From Trichodelitschia bisporula (lineage: Eukaryota), in the NCBI GenBank assembly GCA_010356995.1, contig ML996693.1, positions 1,116,001 to 1,180,000 on the forward strand: a stretch of 64,000 bases of DNA. Direction: 5' to 3'. Position 1 is the first letter of the stretch, and each line of letters starts with the position of its first letter. The position numbers and the translations under genes are program-made. The notes under the pieces were generated by a model. That model was not told the origin of the DNA, searched no databases, and saw only the letters and a program-made list of their open reading frames with translations. Shown here one piece after another: positions 1 through 14,231 of the stretch.

Positions 1-300
1 GCGGATCGGGGAAGGTTTTCATGGTGGATGGAGGCACGGGTGGATGCTTGGCGCGCGTCAGGTACCCAGGCAACCGGCCAAGGAAGAGCCGGGGCCGTAC
101 AAACTGGGCGGGCGAGGGGGGTCTGTGCTCTCGAGCCGAGCTAGCGCCCTCCCTCACTCAAAGTTGATCCGCCCAGCCAGACTCCCTCACTCTCTCTCTC
201 TCTCTCTTCAAAAGTCCTCCTCCAACTCTCGCCCTCTTCCATCCCCCAAACCCCAACCAACCACCTTCACTTTTCGCCAACTCACGCAGCGCGCAGAACC

Positions 301-460
301 TTTCGCGTCTTCAAGTCAATTTGACGATACTCTTCGTCAGGGTACGCATTTGATCAAATTCCAAATCTCGTCCAAATCCGCCTCTGTCGCGCTTCTTTTC
401 GCGGCTTTCCGTAAGGGTACGTACCTCAGTCTGTCGCGGCGCGACACACGATACGCGAAC
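301..460 (+). promoter_or_regulatory. Cluster of CGCG-core (MCB/SCB-like) elements upstream of the cyclin gene
   Basis: TTTCGCGT at 301-308, TTTTCGCG near 397, ACGCGAA near 453 and further CGCG cores. Function is inferred. Confidence 0.35.
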
Positions 461-867
461 GCGGCTCGTCTCCAAGCACGTCGCCCGTGACAAGGGTACA
501 ACCCGGTGGTCCGTGCTTTACCACAACAACAAGCCCACACCCATCTACCTTCTTCACTTCAACTTCTCTTTCTCCAACAACAAACTCCATCCCCTCCCCA
601 CGTCCCAACACTCGACAGCACCATTCCGTTCAATCTTCCACTGTTTCGTGTCCTCCCCGCGAAGCAGCAGGAATTGGCATTCCCCTGTCCCATCCGCCAG
701 CTCTTCGAGGAGGATTGTTTTAACTCTCTGCCCCACCACTCTTCTGTCCCCATTGGTACTCTGCATTCTACCTGGACAGCACCAATAACCATTCGCCACA
801 TACAGAACAGCTCCCGACTCTTCGAACTCTTCAACCAAACGTGAACTCCTTGATCAACTCGGTCGAG

Positions 868-2465
868 ATGGCTCCGGTAAGTCGATGCAAGCACTCCATG
901 ACGCGACAGTCGCTAACCGCGTAGAAGATTACGAAGAAGGCCCTCGGGCATGGTGACGAAAACGCTACGACAACGCGTGTGACGCGTGCGAAGGCTGCCG
1001 CCCTTGGTGCCTCTGACATGACTGCCGACGTCAAGAAGCCGCTTCAGCAGCGCGTCAAGGCCACCGCCAACACTCGCAAGCGCGCTGCGCTCGATGATGT
1101 CTCGAACGTCGCGAAGACTGTTGCCAACGCTGGTAAAGGCAAGACCGGTCTCGTCTCAAAGTCCGCCCAGCCGACTGGTGTTCTCAAGGCTAAGGCGACC
1201 AAGTCCACGCTCGTCACCAAAAAGACCGACCTGAAGCGTTCGGCTAGCGGTACCGTTGGCAACGCCCCTGCGGCGAAGAAGCGCAACACGAGCTCGTCGA
1301 CCGGTCAAAAGTCGGATGCCGAAAACGATGCCGACGTGGACACTGATGCTCCGGTTGTCAAGGGCAACGAGCTGGTCAAGATCACCAAAGTCGAGGATCA
1401 GCAGCTCGTCCTTGCCTCTCAGGATGACGTGAAGAAGGAGGATCTCTGCCAAGTCATTGTGCATGGTGCCAGCGGTATGCCCCCTGGTGTTGAGGATCTC
1501 GACGCTGAGGACGAGCACGATCCCCTGATGGTCTCCGAGTACGTGGTTGAGATCTTCCACTACTTGGAAGAACTCGAGGAGAAGTGCATGCCGAACCCGG
1601 ACTACATGGATTCCCAGAAGGACCTTGAGTGGAAGATGCGCGGTATCCTGATCGACTGGCTGCTCGAGGTTCACACTCGTTTCCGCCTGCTCCCGGAGAC
1701 GCTCTTCCTGACGGTCAACATCATCGACCGCTTCCTCTCGACCAAGGTTGTCCAGCTCGACCGCCTCCAGCTCGTCGGCATCACGGCGATGTTCATTGCT
1801 TCCAAGTACGAAGAGGTACTCTCTCCTCATGTCCAGAACTTCCGCCACGTTGCCGATGATGGTTTCACCGAGGCCGAGATCCTCAGCGCCGAGCGCTTCA
1901 TCCTGGCTGCTCTGAACTACGACCTGAGCTACGCCAATCCGATGAACTTCCTTCGTCGCATCTCCAAGGCGGACAACTACGACGTCCAGACTCGCACTCT
2001 GGGGAAGTACCTGCTCGAGATTGCCCTTGTCGACCACCGCCTCATCCAGTACAAGCCTAGCCACGTCGCTGCTGCTTCCATGTACCTGGCGCGTGCTGCT
2101 CTTGACCGCGACCCCTGGGTGAGTTGTCTGATTTGATCTTGTTTGCTGCTGGCTTAGCTAACCATCTCAGGATGCTACTCTCACTCATTACTCGGGCTAC
2201 TCCGAGGATGAGATTATCCCCGTCTTTCTCCTGATGATCGACTACCTCTATGGTCCTGTCCAGCACGACGCGCTCTTCAAGAAGTACGCGAGCAAGAAGT
2301 TCCTCAAGGGTATGTGTTTAATGTTCCCCTCCGATCAGCATCAGCTAACAATACAAAGCTTCGATGGTGGTCCGCAGCTGGGTCAAGAGCACCGGCTACA
2401 AGTACCTCACTGCCCTGACCAAGGACCACGCCCTGCACCGTCTCCCCGCCAAGGAGACGTACTAG
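868..2465 (+). CDS. nimE: G2/M B-type cyclin (NimE/Cdc13/Clb2 family); exons 868-876, 925-2118, 2171-2309, 2359-2465
   Basis: Destruction box RAALDDVSN; cyclin box MRGILIDWLLEVH...LLPETLFLTVNIIDRFL...ASKYEE; C-terminal KKYASKKF. Three GT-AG introns with CTAAC branch points restore the frame. Confidence 0.95.
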
Positions 2466-3708
2466 TTTGCGCAGCACCATTCCTCCTGTCGGCATTTTCT
2501 AGCGCGCATCTTCATGAGGGAATCATGGGTCCTTGAGCGGCAAGAGGTTATTTTATCAAGGCGTTTATCGGCGTGCGGGAAAGCGGGTTTGCATAGTGTG
2601 ACTGGGCCTGGATGGGTTGAATGACGGACGCGCTGTATCCGGGTGGTCTTGACTTCCTATCGTATGGAACCAGTCTCAGAGGAGGTTGGGTTAGAGCTTT
2701 GTTGTGGTTGATGGCAGCCTCTTTCACAGACGGTTGGACAACCACAAAGCTTTCCACGACCTTGCGTGTGTGTATTTTTCCAGTGGGCGATTGTTTTCTC
2801 TCGGTAGGGCGAACAACCGGGCTTATGGACGGTGGTGGGGTGGCGTAGTCGGCGTTTGTACATGGGGACTGGTGTATTATGGGTGGAGCACAACGGTGGA
2901 TGTTATCGGCATGTTCCTATGTACTCTCACTTCCTCAGTTACTGACTGGCAATTCTGTTTGTGGTGGCTAGACTCAAGGGCAGGTGGAACGTTTGTGTTC
3001 TGCTTTGTCCCTTGTGGTCAGTTGTCTGCCTACTTCGGAGGAGCTAGTCAAAAGTCATCATGTACTTTAGCTGTTGTCACTAGATAACACTGGAGGCATT
3101 CAACCCATCATGGTGTGCGGGAGTGTGTGGTTATCGTGATCATATGGCGCGCGTTAGCGTGCGCATGGTGCAGGATCGGGCCTTTTGGGCTCTCAGCTGC
3201 TCCCATGGCGCCACGGGACTATAACTAGTTCTAGAATCAGGCATGGCATTGCGCATGGTATTCAGTCAGGTTTCACGAGCAGCACCCATACAGGCTTTGA
3301 GCTGAATAGCAGGTCAGGCCAGACCTGATTGCCATCCCGGCCAGCAAGCATATTGCGCCATCCTAGCAGGACCGGCATGAGGCAGGGTGTTGCCGCGCAG
3401 GTCAGTGGGGAGGGCTGCAGGTTGCGTCGCGCATATGGTTGATGCTAGGTCTGGTTGGCATAATGCTTATGCAAGTGTCCTTTAACGTCGGATTGACGTC
3501 TGGGTACAGCTGGATGCCTTGGAATGATGCTCGCTGTTGTCTTTGGAGACGGCCCTTTTGTTCTGTGGAAATGGGATGGTTTTGGGCTGCGGAGTGCGGT
3601 GGGGCTTCAGCTATCACGGGAACAGGCGGGTTTGATGGACTGCAGAACTGCAGTGCAGTTCATTAGAGTATCGGAAGGATTCAACAGGCAACTCGCGAGA
3701 CAACTCGC

Positions 3709-3881
3709 GGCTTTTGGCTACGTGGGCCGGAGTGGGATGAAGTCTCCACGCAGGGTCCTGATGGGCGATCCCACGCGATTCGATCTGTCTACCGGAAGGA
3801 TAGGGCTCGTTAAGTCCCTTCTAGGGACTTCGTTGTTTCGTGGTCCTACTAGTCGTAGGTTAGGGTAAAGCCTTTTTTTTT
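3709..3881 (+). ncRNA. Candidate structured Pol III-type small RNA, family not recognised
   Basis: 5' GGCTTT pairs with 3' AAAGCC, immediately followed by T9 (3873-3881). Long basal helix and three internal hairpins. Imperfect A-box-like TGGGCCGGAGTGG (3723-3735) and B-box-like GATTCGATC (3777-3785). Confidence 0.35.
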
Positions 3882-4481
3882 CGAGTGACGTCGTTGGTGT
3901 TGGCTGGCACTTAGGTGTACTTTTTCCTCGTCACTTTCTTCAACCACCTCGAATACAACTCCGCTCCTGTCACTACGCTATTCGCTGTCGTTAAGCACCT
4001 TCACCGTACATCGGATTAACTTTCGACGCCAATCACAGATACCCGCCTAAATATCGAGCCGCACATTCTCATGAATCTGGACCTCTTCATGAAAGCTGAG
4101 ACTTACGCCCACCTGAACATCCCAACAACCTCACGCGCCACCGACTACCTATTCTAAGCTCGTACAGCTTGCCGCACACCCTCAACCCCACGCCAAAGAC
4201 GATATTCCCCCATAGGCGTTGGCCCAGTGTCATCCGCCCCGGTCGCCTCCCCCGTACGCACCAACCCGTCCCACGTCAACTCGTCCTCCGCGGCTTGCCT
4301 TCCTCAGCTCCCGCACACTGCGCACGTTGCCGCTTCATTGGTCGCCAGCCCGCGCGCGCCATAATACGCGGTCAAAGCCCTCTTAACCAGGCGGCGTCCT
4401 GGAGAATGCTGGCAGAAACAGAGCACACGAACGACTGCCGTATCTGCAATTTTTTCATCTTTTTGGCCCCGAGTGTCGGCT

Positions 4482-6719
4482 ATGATGGTGCGTGGGAATG
4501 CAAGTCGACGCCCTGCAAAGGAGACCTGGCTGCCCGCTCCTGGTCTCCTACTGCTGCTCCTCGCGCTTCTACTGCCCCTGTCTGCGGCGCGCCAAGATGC
4601 AGGCGCGGATGGGACTCCGGTGCTGCTGGGTGGCGGTGCGGGGAGAAGGCTGAAGGGGAGGTTTTTGCACATTAACGGTTCGCGTTCAGCACATATCGTC
4701 TCTGGTGGAGGCTAAATAACTACAGACTTTCACTTCGATCCTTACTACAAGCTCCACTCGTCGACGGAAAAAACTGCCGCCTGCCACCGCGGCAAGGGCC
4801 CGGCCGGCTACTTTGGAGCCGAGACGTCGGCCTGCGACTCGCCCGAGCACCTCATCAACGCGACCTTCGAGTGGATCCGGACACACCTGCGCGATGAGAT
4901 CGACTTCGTGGTTTGGGCAGGCGACTCGGCGCGGCACGACAACGACGAGGAACACCCGCGGAGCGACAAGCAAGTCGTGACACAGAACGAGTTCCTAGTC
5001 AGCAAGTTCCGCGACGTCTTCGGCGTGCGCGAGAACTGGGAAGACGACGATCCGACCAACGATGTCTCCATCCCTATCATCCCGACCTTCGGCAATAACG
5101 ATGTCTTACCACATAATATCTTCCTCCCCGGGCCTAACCCCTGGACGAACCGCTACCTGTCCATCTGGCGCCATTTCATCCCCGAGGCCCAGCGGCACAC
5201 GTTCCAGCAGGGCGGCTGGTTCTATGTGGAGGTTATACCGGACCATCTCGCCGTCATCAGCCTCAACACGCTTTACTTCTTCGACTCCAACGCCGCGGTC
5301 GACGGCTGTGCGTCCCGGCATGAGCCGGGCTACGAACACTTCGACTGGCTACGCATCCAGCTGCAGTCCCTTCGCGAGCGCGGCATGAAGGCCATATTGA
5401 CCGGTCATGTCCCCCCCGCGCGCGTGGATAGCAAGGTCAGCTGGGACGAAACCTGCTGGCAGAAGTACGCGCAGTGGACGCAAGCGTTCCGCGACGTGTT
5501 AGTGGGGAGTTTCTTCGGGCACATGAACATCGATCACTTCATCATTCAGGACTCGGCGGACGTGGACAAGGGGATGAAAAAGGGGCGCGCCGTAGAATAT
5601 CCCAGTGAGGATGAGGTTGTGAGGACGGCGTCGGCGGAGGATTATCTGCTGGATTTGAGGGAAGTGTTTCAGCGCTTGCCGGGTTTGGATAAGGCTAGGG
5701 AGGGTGTGGATGTGGATGAGGAGGCGAAGATTGGGGGCCCATATGCGGAGCGCTTTGCGATGAGTTTTGTGGGCGCGAGTGTGGTGCCGAATTATTTCCC
5801 GAGCCTGAGGGTGTATGAGTATAACATCACCGGGCTCGAGGATCTGGTTCTCCCCCGCGCCGTCGCGCACCCGGACAAGCTCACCACTCCTCACATCCCC
5901 TCGGCTCAGCAACCCCTCGGCAACTCCATCTCTTCCTCAAGCACACCGGAATTGGACTTGGAGACCCTGAACGACGACCCGGTTGATGAGGAGGCGCTCA
6001 TCGAAGCGTACAAGAAAAAGAAGAAGCAGAAGAAGGGGAGGAAGAAGCCGAAGACGCATAAGTTTACCCCGCCGCGCGAACCGCCGAGGGGGACGGGGCC
6101 TGGGCCTGCGTATACGATGCAGAGGTGGGCGTTACTGGGTTATACGCAGTATTATGCGAATCTTACGCACATGAATGGGGATTTTACGATGGATCATGAG
6201 GACGGGGAGAGGGAGAGGGAGGAGGGGGAGAAGGGGGATGCGGTGGGGGTGCTGGAGGTTGCGAGACAGGGCACGGGGGATGAGATCGAGGAGGAGCGGT
6301 GGAGTGAGGGGCGGCATGGGGGGAAGACGCCGCGGCACGGTCATGGGAAGGTTAGGATTGGGAAGTTTGGGTATGAGGTTGAGTATGATACGAGGAGAGA
6401 TAAGGTGTATCGGTTGGAGGATTTGACGGTGAGGAGTTATTTGGGGCTTGCGGGGCGGATTGCGAAGGGGAAGGCGAGGGGGTGGGGGGTGAGGGTTGAC
6501 GAGGCTGAGGGTGAGGTTGAGGGACAGGAGGTTGAGGAGGATGAGGGGGATGTGGAATCGGAAGGGAAGAAGCACAAGAAGGGCAAGAAGGGCAAGAAGC
6601 GGAAGGGGAAGAAGAAGCACAAGAAAGGGAAGGTGAATGACGTTTGGATGACGTTTGTGGAGAGGGCGTTTGTGGGCGCGCTGGAGCCGGATGATTTGGA
6701 GGAGCTTTTTGATGGGTAG
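4482..6719 (+). CDS. PPN1: Vacuolar endopolyphosphatase (calcineurin-like metallophosphoesterase); intron 4678-4725
   Basis: N-terminal hydrophobic anchor. Splicing gives GRFLHINDFHFDPYY. Motifs WAGDSARHDND, PTFGNND, GHVPP, GHMNIDHF, SVVPNYFPSLRVYEYN. Confidence 0.93.
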
Positions 6720-6887
6720 GGAGGGTGTTACTGTAGCCATCTGGCGAGGCGAGGCTGATGCATTGCGTGGCGTTTTTTCTTTGCCTTGGGTGGGGTATTT
6801 GGTTAGGGATAGCATGAGCGTAGGTTGTGATTAATTCACGCGTTGGACTTGAGGTTTTTGAGGCTGGTGCTTTGATACTGAGATCTT

Positions 6888-7264
6888 ACTCGTCACAGCG
6901 GTGCTTGTGGACTGGCCATGGTGGTAGGCGTAGCATCCCAACGGTAGTGCGTATATTCGCTACGGCGGTGTTTGTAGACATCCCTTGCGGGGCTTGTAGA
7001 CCTATCCCTTGCGGTACTTTTAAACTCATCCCTTGCGGTGCTTGTACACTCGCCACGGCGGTGCGTATACTCGCCACAGCGGTGCTCTTAGATTCCCAAC
7101 GGCTTTTTTGTGCGTAGATACGGACGTGGCGGCCTCTTAGCACCCCAATGGCATTCCTTGTAGACTCGCCACAGTGGTGGTGTAGCATCCCAACGGCTTT
7201 CTGTAGACTCGCCACGGTGGTGTGTGCGGACTTGACACGGCAGTGCGTATATTCGCCACTGGGG
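6888..7264. repeat. Degenerate minisatellite, ~17 units of 21-26 bp, consensus ~ACTCGCCACGGCGGTGCTTGTAG
   Basis: Recurring actcgccac(a/g)g(c/t)ggtg, atcccttgcgg (x3), catcccaacgg, ttgtagac and gtgcgtata sub-motifs in tandem. Confidence 0.75.
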
Positions 7265-7861
7265 CAGTCTTAGAACCTCAAAATTATACCGGTATAAATA
7301 TCCCCCCTAAGTCATGAAATCTCTTGAGCACCCGGATCATCCTGATGTGTTCCCCCTGGTTCGGTCGCCTGGAAATCCGACATGGGCACGATCTCAGCCT
7401 TAACCTTTGCTCAAGTGCCTATCAACTCTCGGATATTGACAATCGAAGTCTGTGCAAGAGAAAGGATGAAACAGCAGATTTTCTTAAAGCGAGGAAGGAT
7501 TTGTTTCTAAGGAATCATATTTGAACTGGCAGGCTCGATTAAAGCGAAGCGACAGTTTGCCCATACCGTTGTGGACAGCACAATCCACGCTGGTAAATCA
7601 AGCTCATCAACATTGTGCCATCGCGACGAGCTAACTAACTGTAGCTTCTTCCCACAAAGAATCACAAGGGCAAGAACAACCAATCCTCCCTCAAAACCGA
7701 AAGTTCATCCAAGATCTCACCCTCCCAATCCGGCCCCATCACCCCGCCTAACCGCAACCGCACCCGCGCGCTAACCGCCCGGGCCCCTTCCCCCAGCCAG
7801 CCACCACCAACCTCATCCCAAATTTTCCACACCACCACAATACTCCCACTCCACATCAACA

Positions 7862-8518
7862 ATGGCCACCGCCGACCCAGACCTAGACTTCGACCTCGAC
7901 CCCGAGCACGATCCCATCCTCGCCGGTCTGCAGAGCTCCTTCGTTGATCCAACCACCCCCAAACCCAAATCCAAACTGAACCAATCCTCCCTCCCAACCC
8001 GGTCCTCGCCGTCTAAGGCTAGGTCTACACCCAAGACACCCGCCACGTCTGGAAACGGGAAGGAGAGGGAGAGGGAAAGGAAGTCGGTGTCTGGTGGGGA
8101 GGAGTTTATAACATTGGTGTCGAGTGATGGATTTGAGTTTGTGGTGAGGAAGAAGGCGGCGCTGCGGAGTGGGACGATTCGCAGGATGGTGGATCAGGGG
8201 AGTGGGTTTCGGGAGGGGGTTACGGGGAGGTGTGTTATGGAGACGATATCGTGAGTTTTTGCTTCCTGTCCGAGGTTTTCCTGTCCGAGGTTTTCCTTTG
8301 GGGGGGGGGGGGGGGTTACGCTGACGCGTGGGGCAGTGCGGTGCTGCTCGAGAAGGTCTGCGAGTACTTCTACTACGCCGAGAAGTACGCCGAGGCCGAG
8401 AGCGTGCCGGATATGGAGCTCCCGCCGGAGATTTGCCTTGAGATGCTGGTTGTGGCGGATTTTTTGGACGGTGAGTGTTGTGGGCTTTCGTAGTGAGAGA
8501 CTAATGGGTTTAGTTTGA
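7862..8518 (+). CDS. ELC1: Elongin C (Skp1/BTB fold) with long N-terminal extension; exons 7862-8250, 8337-8470, 8514-8518
   Basis: FITLVSSDGFEFVVRKKAALRSGTIRRM...VLLEKVCEYFYY...PDMELPPEICLEMLVVADFLDV*; canonical introns. Confidence 0.9.
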
Positions 8519-9022
8519 TTCTTTTACGGATAAGCGTCGTGGATAGGCGTCATGGGCAACATCATCGGGTAGGCGTTTAGATGGACCGCAATCATCAGAT
8601 CAGCACGGAGGACGGCGTACGGATAGGACAATACCCCACACAGCGGATAGGACTTCGTACAGTATTCACAACAAGAACAAAGGCAAGTACCCTTCTTTTC
8701 TGAATCCATCGTGACCATTCCGCATCCATAGCATTATGTCTGCGCTAGCTCCTCCTTGCGTATGGCATCTACATCGGATGCAAGAACAACCTTCTCTCTA
8801 TTCAGTCCGCCTCGTCGCAAACTACCGAGCCGCGGACTTTATTCCAGATGAAGACATGTCCCAACTGTAGCAATAAGACTTTTACGATTCATTGCCCGTG
8901 ATCGTGCGTGTCTATCTACCCATCGAAAGATGCCGGTGTGACGCCTACGTGCATTAGGCTCGTGATATGCCCCCCGATTCCCGCCGTACGCCAGGTATGC
9001 CCCGAGAGTGAGAGCCCGGCGC

Positions 9023-11402
9023 CTACATCAAGCACCCGTTCTTGATACTCGAATGCAGCTCCGAAGTATTGATTTTCACCATCCGCCCACCGACCTTCGT
9101 GAACGTCTCAATCATCCACTCGTACCATACCTTCCGATCATCCGTATGCCGCCAGATACTAACCAGCAGCTCCGAGTTATCGGGGAACGTGATAGGCGTC
9201 TGTAGCACCAGTCAGCAATTATCCCACCCCGTCCCTGGAAAGCCTACCTTAACCGGAAAAAATATCGGAAACCAACTAATCATATCCGCACTCTTCCCCT
9301 CCATCGTAACCGGATTAGTACTAAGCTCCACGTCCCCATACAATACCGTCTCAAAGTACCCGCCCAAACCATGACACACCCCCCTCTCGCGCGCCGCGAA
9401 CCTCAGCGCCGCAAAGCGGGCATTATGTTCGTTCGCGCCATCGCCCCCACTCACGCCGCCGCCCCCACCCGCCGCGCTTCCGCCACGCCTGAGCGCAGCC
9501 TGCTTGATAACGTCCCGGGGAACCGGGTGCTCGAATTTCCACGCCGTTTGCACGTCCGGCTGCAGGAACCGGTCTGTATCGTCCGCAGCCGGCACGGACA
9601 GAAAGTCATATGCGTGCAGCATGACCACGTACGGGACCTCGAACGCCGTGGCGTCATCCCTACCCTTCCCCAATATATCAGCGTAAATGCGGGGTGTGGC
9701 CAGGGGCGTCAGGTGTGCAGTGTACGACGCGGGGATGGAAATACCCGCGGGGGCCAGGACATGCTGCACGCCGTCGAGGCATTCGGGACTGAGCTCGTTG
9801 TCGGCGAAGGAGCCAAGGAGCTCGGAGATTAGGATGTCGACTTTGCCGAGTTTGCCGTCGGGGCTGAGGGGGCCGCGCCAGGAGCGCATGTCCGATTTTA
9901 TGACGGTGACGCTGGAGGACCAGGTATCTGCGTTGCGGCGCTGGAGGTGCACGTATGCGTTTGGATTCTTCTCGACGGCCCACATTTCCACGGGTACGCC
10001 CGTTGCTTCCGCCGCGAGCAGCGCGCGGGTGACGAGCGGACCGCGCCCAGCCCCGACAACTGCAATAACGACGGCGCCGGGGCGGGTGAGGGAGGAGGTT
10101 GGCTTGCGCAGCTTGGCCCAGTCGGTCAAGGCGGCGTGCACGGCGCGCTCGTACCAATCGTATTTGACTGGGTCCTTTTCGAAGACCTCGTAGGTTATGG
10201 ACTCGAGGTTGTCGGCGAGGGGTTGCAGGGGCGCTTGGAGGTAGTCCTGGTAGCCGGCGCCGAACCGGAGGAGGGCGGGTAGGGGGGGTTGGTTGCGTTG
10301 GAGGTAGCGCATGTAGCTTAGGTGGGGGTTGGGGTCGAGGCGGACGGATTTCGGCTTCGCGAGGTCGCTGGGCAAGGGCCAGGTTTGGGAGGTGCTGGTG
10401 GGGTCGTCCGCGCTGGGGTCTTTTTGGACAGGTCCTACGTCCCAGAGGAGGATCCAGGGGGCAGTTTTCAGGCGCATGTAGCGTGTTAGGAGGTGGCGGT
10501 AGCCTTTGTGGAGGACGGGCTGGCTGTGCTTGTTTGTTATGAAGGAGGTTTCGTGTATGAGGAGCAGGCGGAGGGGCTCGGAGAACCAGCGCGATTGGAT
10601 GGCGGGGGATGGGAGCTGCTTCGGGAGGCCGAGGGCGACGGACAGCCGTGTGTTGTAGCTGCATACCGTGCGGATGAGGTTCCATGTCTCCCATGTGCTC
10701 CATGCGTCGCTGCTTGAGACGTAGTCCTCTGCGTCCGCGTGGTTGGGCAGCTTTGCGAACTGAGATAAGTTCAAGCCTGGAGTCTGCGCGAAGATAGGAC
10801 TGGGTGTCATTGGGAGCAAAATGTGGAACTGCATGTAAGGTCCGGAACGCAGAGCTTCGAGGATACACCTCGCGTACTGCGCCAGCCGGGAAGTCAAGAC
10901 ACGGCCCTCGACAGCCGGCCCCGGAATCATGATGTTCTGAACACCACAAAAGGCCGCATATGCCACCTCGAGGCTGAAGACTTGCCGAGAGACGTTTGCG
11001 ATGACTGGATCGGCAGATGCAAGATCGATCCACGAGCTGGTCACAGCTATGTACTGCGTAATGCACTCCAGCGGCGCCAGCTCCGTATCAGCGGGTGTCA
11101 AGGCTGGGACAATGGGCACTGGAAGCTCGTCGGCAGACGCTCCCTGTTCCTGCAAGTCCAGGTAGTCGGCGATCATGCCAGCGACCTTGGCCTGGAATGC
11201 AGGTGTCGTGATTGGGATCGTGAGCATGTCATACTGGCGGTTTGTTAGCCATGAATCGGAGATCCAGAGTTACTTCTCTACACACATCTACACGACGGGC
11301 GGCATCAAGCGAGGCATCGGAGAAGGGCGATGACCGTCTGCTGTGGTGATGGCCCACATACCAGACCGGCGCCGGGTCCTGATTGGACTGCGAAGAGTCC
11401 AT
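9023..11402 (-). CDS. PRMT5: Protein arginine N-methyltransferase 5 (Skb1/Hsl7); introns 11234-11285 and 9200-9247
   Basis: YQDYLQAPLQPLADNLESITYEVFEKDPVKY, VVGAGRGPLV, AVEKNPNA, ISELLGSFADNELSPECLDG, SWFPIFFP, KVWYEW. Confidence 0.95.
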
Positions 11403-11798
11403 AGCTGGCGGAAAGAAGACCGAAGGTGAATATTGGATTGTCTATGGTGGTGTTTTGGCGAGAGTGTCGCTTTTCAACCTTGTCAACTCAAACATCAAAA
11501 ATGCAAGTTTGTGGCTAGAGTGTTTGGTGGCGGTGCAGCCCCGCAGCATGCCCCGCGGCCCACCACCTTCCTTCCCTTGGCCTTACGCTAACTCGAAATA
11601 TACTAGTGACGATCTCCAGTTGCCCAGCGCGAGATTATCCCGGTACATCGTTAATCCGACCAGACCCCTGCGGCAAAAAAGTAGTTGAGGCTCCAGAGAG
11701 CTGCCTTCCATCTCATCGCCGACGGGTCATTGAACTTCCACAAACAAACCCCCCTAGCCATTCAACCTCACGTCTTGGCTCCGCAAACAGCACTGACC

Positions 11799-14231
<2,433 letters not shown>

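Noticed and set aside
3705..3722. GGCTTTTGGCTA resembling the U2 snRNA 5' end; CCGGAAGG (3792) resembling SRP helix 8
   Set aside because: There is no following AGATCAAGTGTAGTA branch-pairing sequence and no AGCAG symmetric loop or Alu-domain start.
3858..3868. - strand ACCCTAACC as a telomerase RNA template (1.5 TTAGGG repeats)
   Set aside because: A 9-mer is expected by chance. I could see no pseudoknot or CR4/5 element, and the G-U pairs and T-run favour a + strand RNA.
6888..7264. CRISPR-like interpretation of the repeat array
   Set aside because: The context is eukaryotic, the units are degenerate and contiguous without unique spacers, and there are no cas genes.
9678..11066. Long alternative-frame and antisense ORFs (e.g. 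462 aa here; 19207-20478; 51424-52380; 49838-50776)
   Set aside because: These are shadows of real genes in GC-rich, codon-biased DNA: low-complexity Arg/Pro-rich translations with no motifs.
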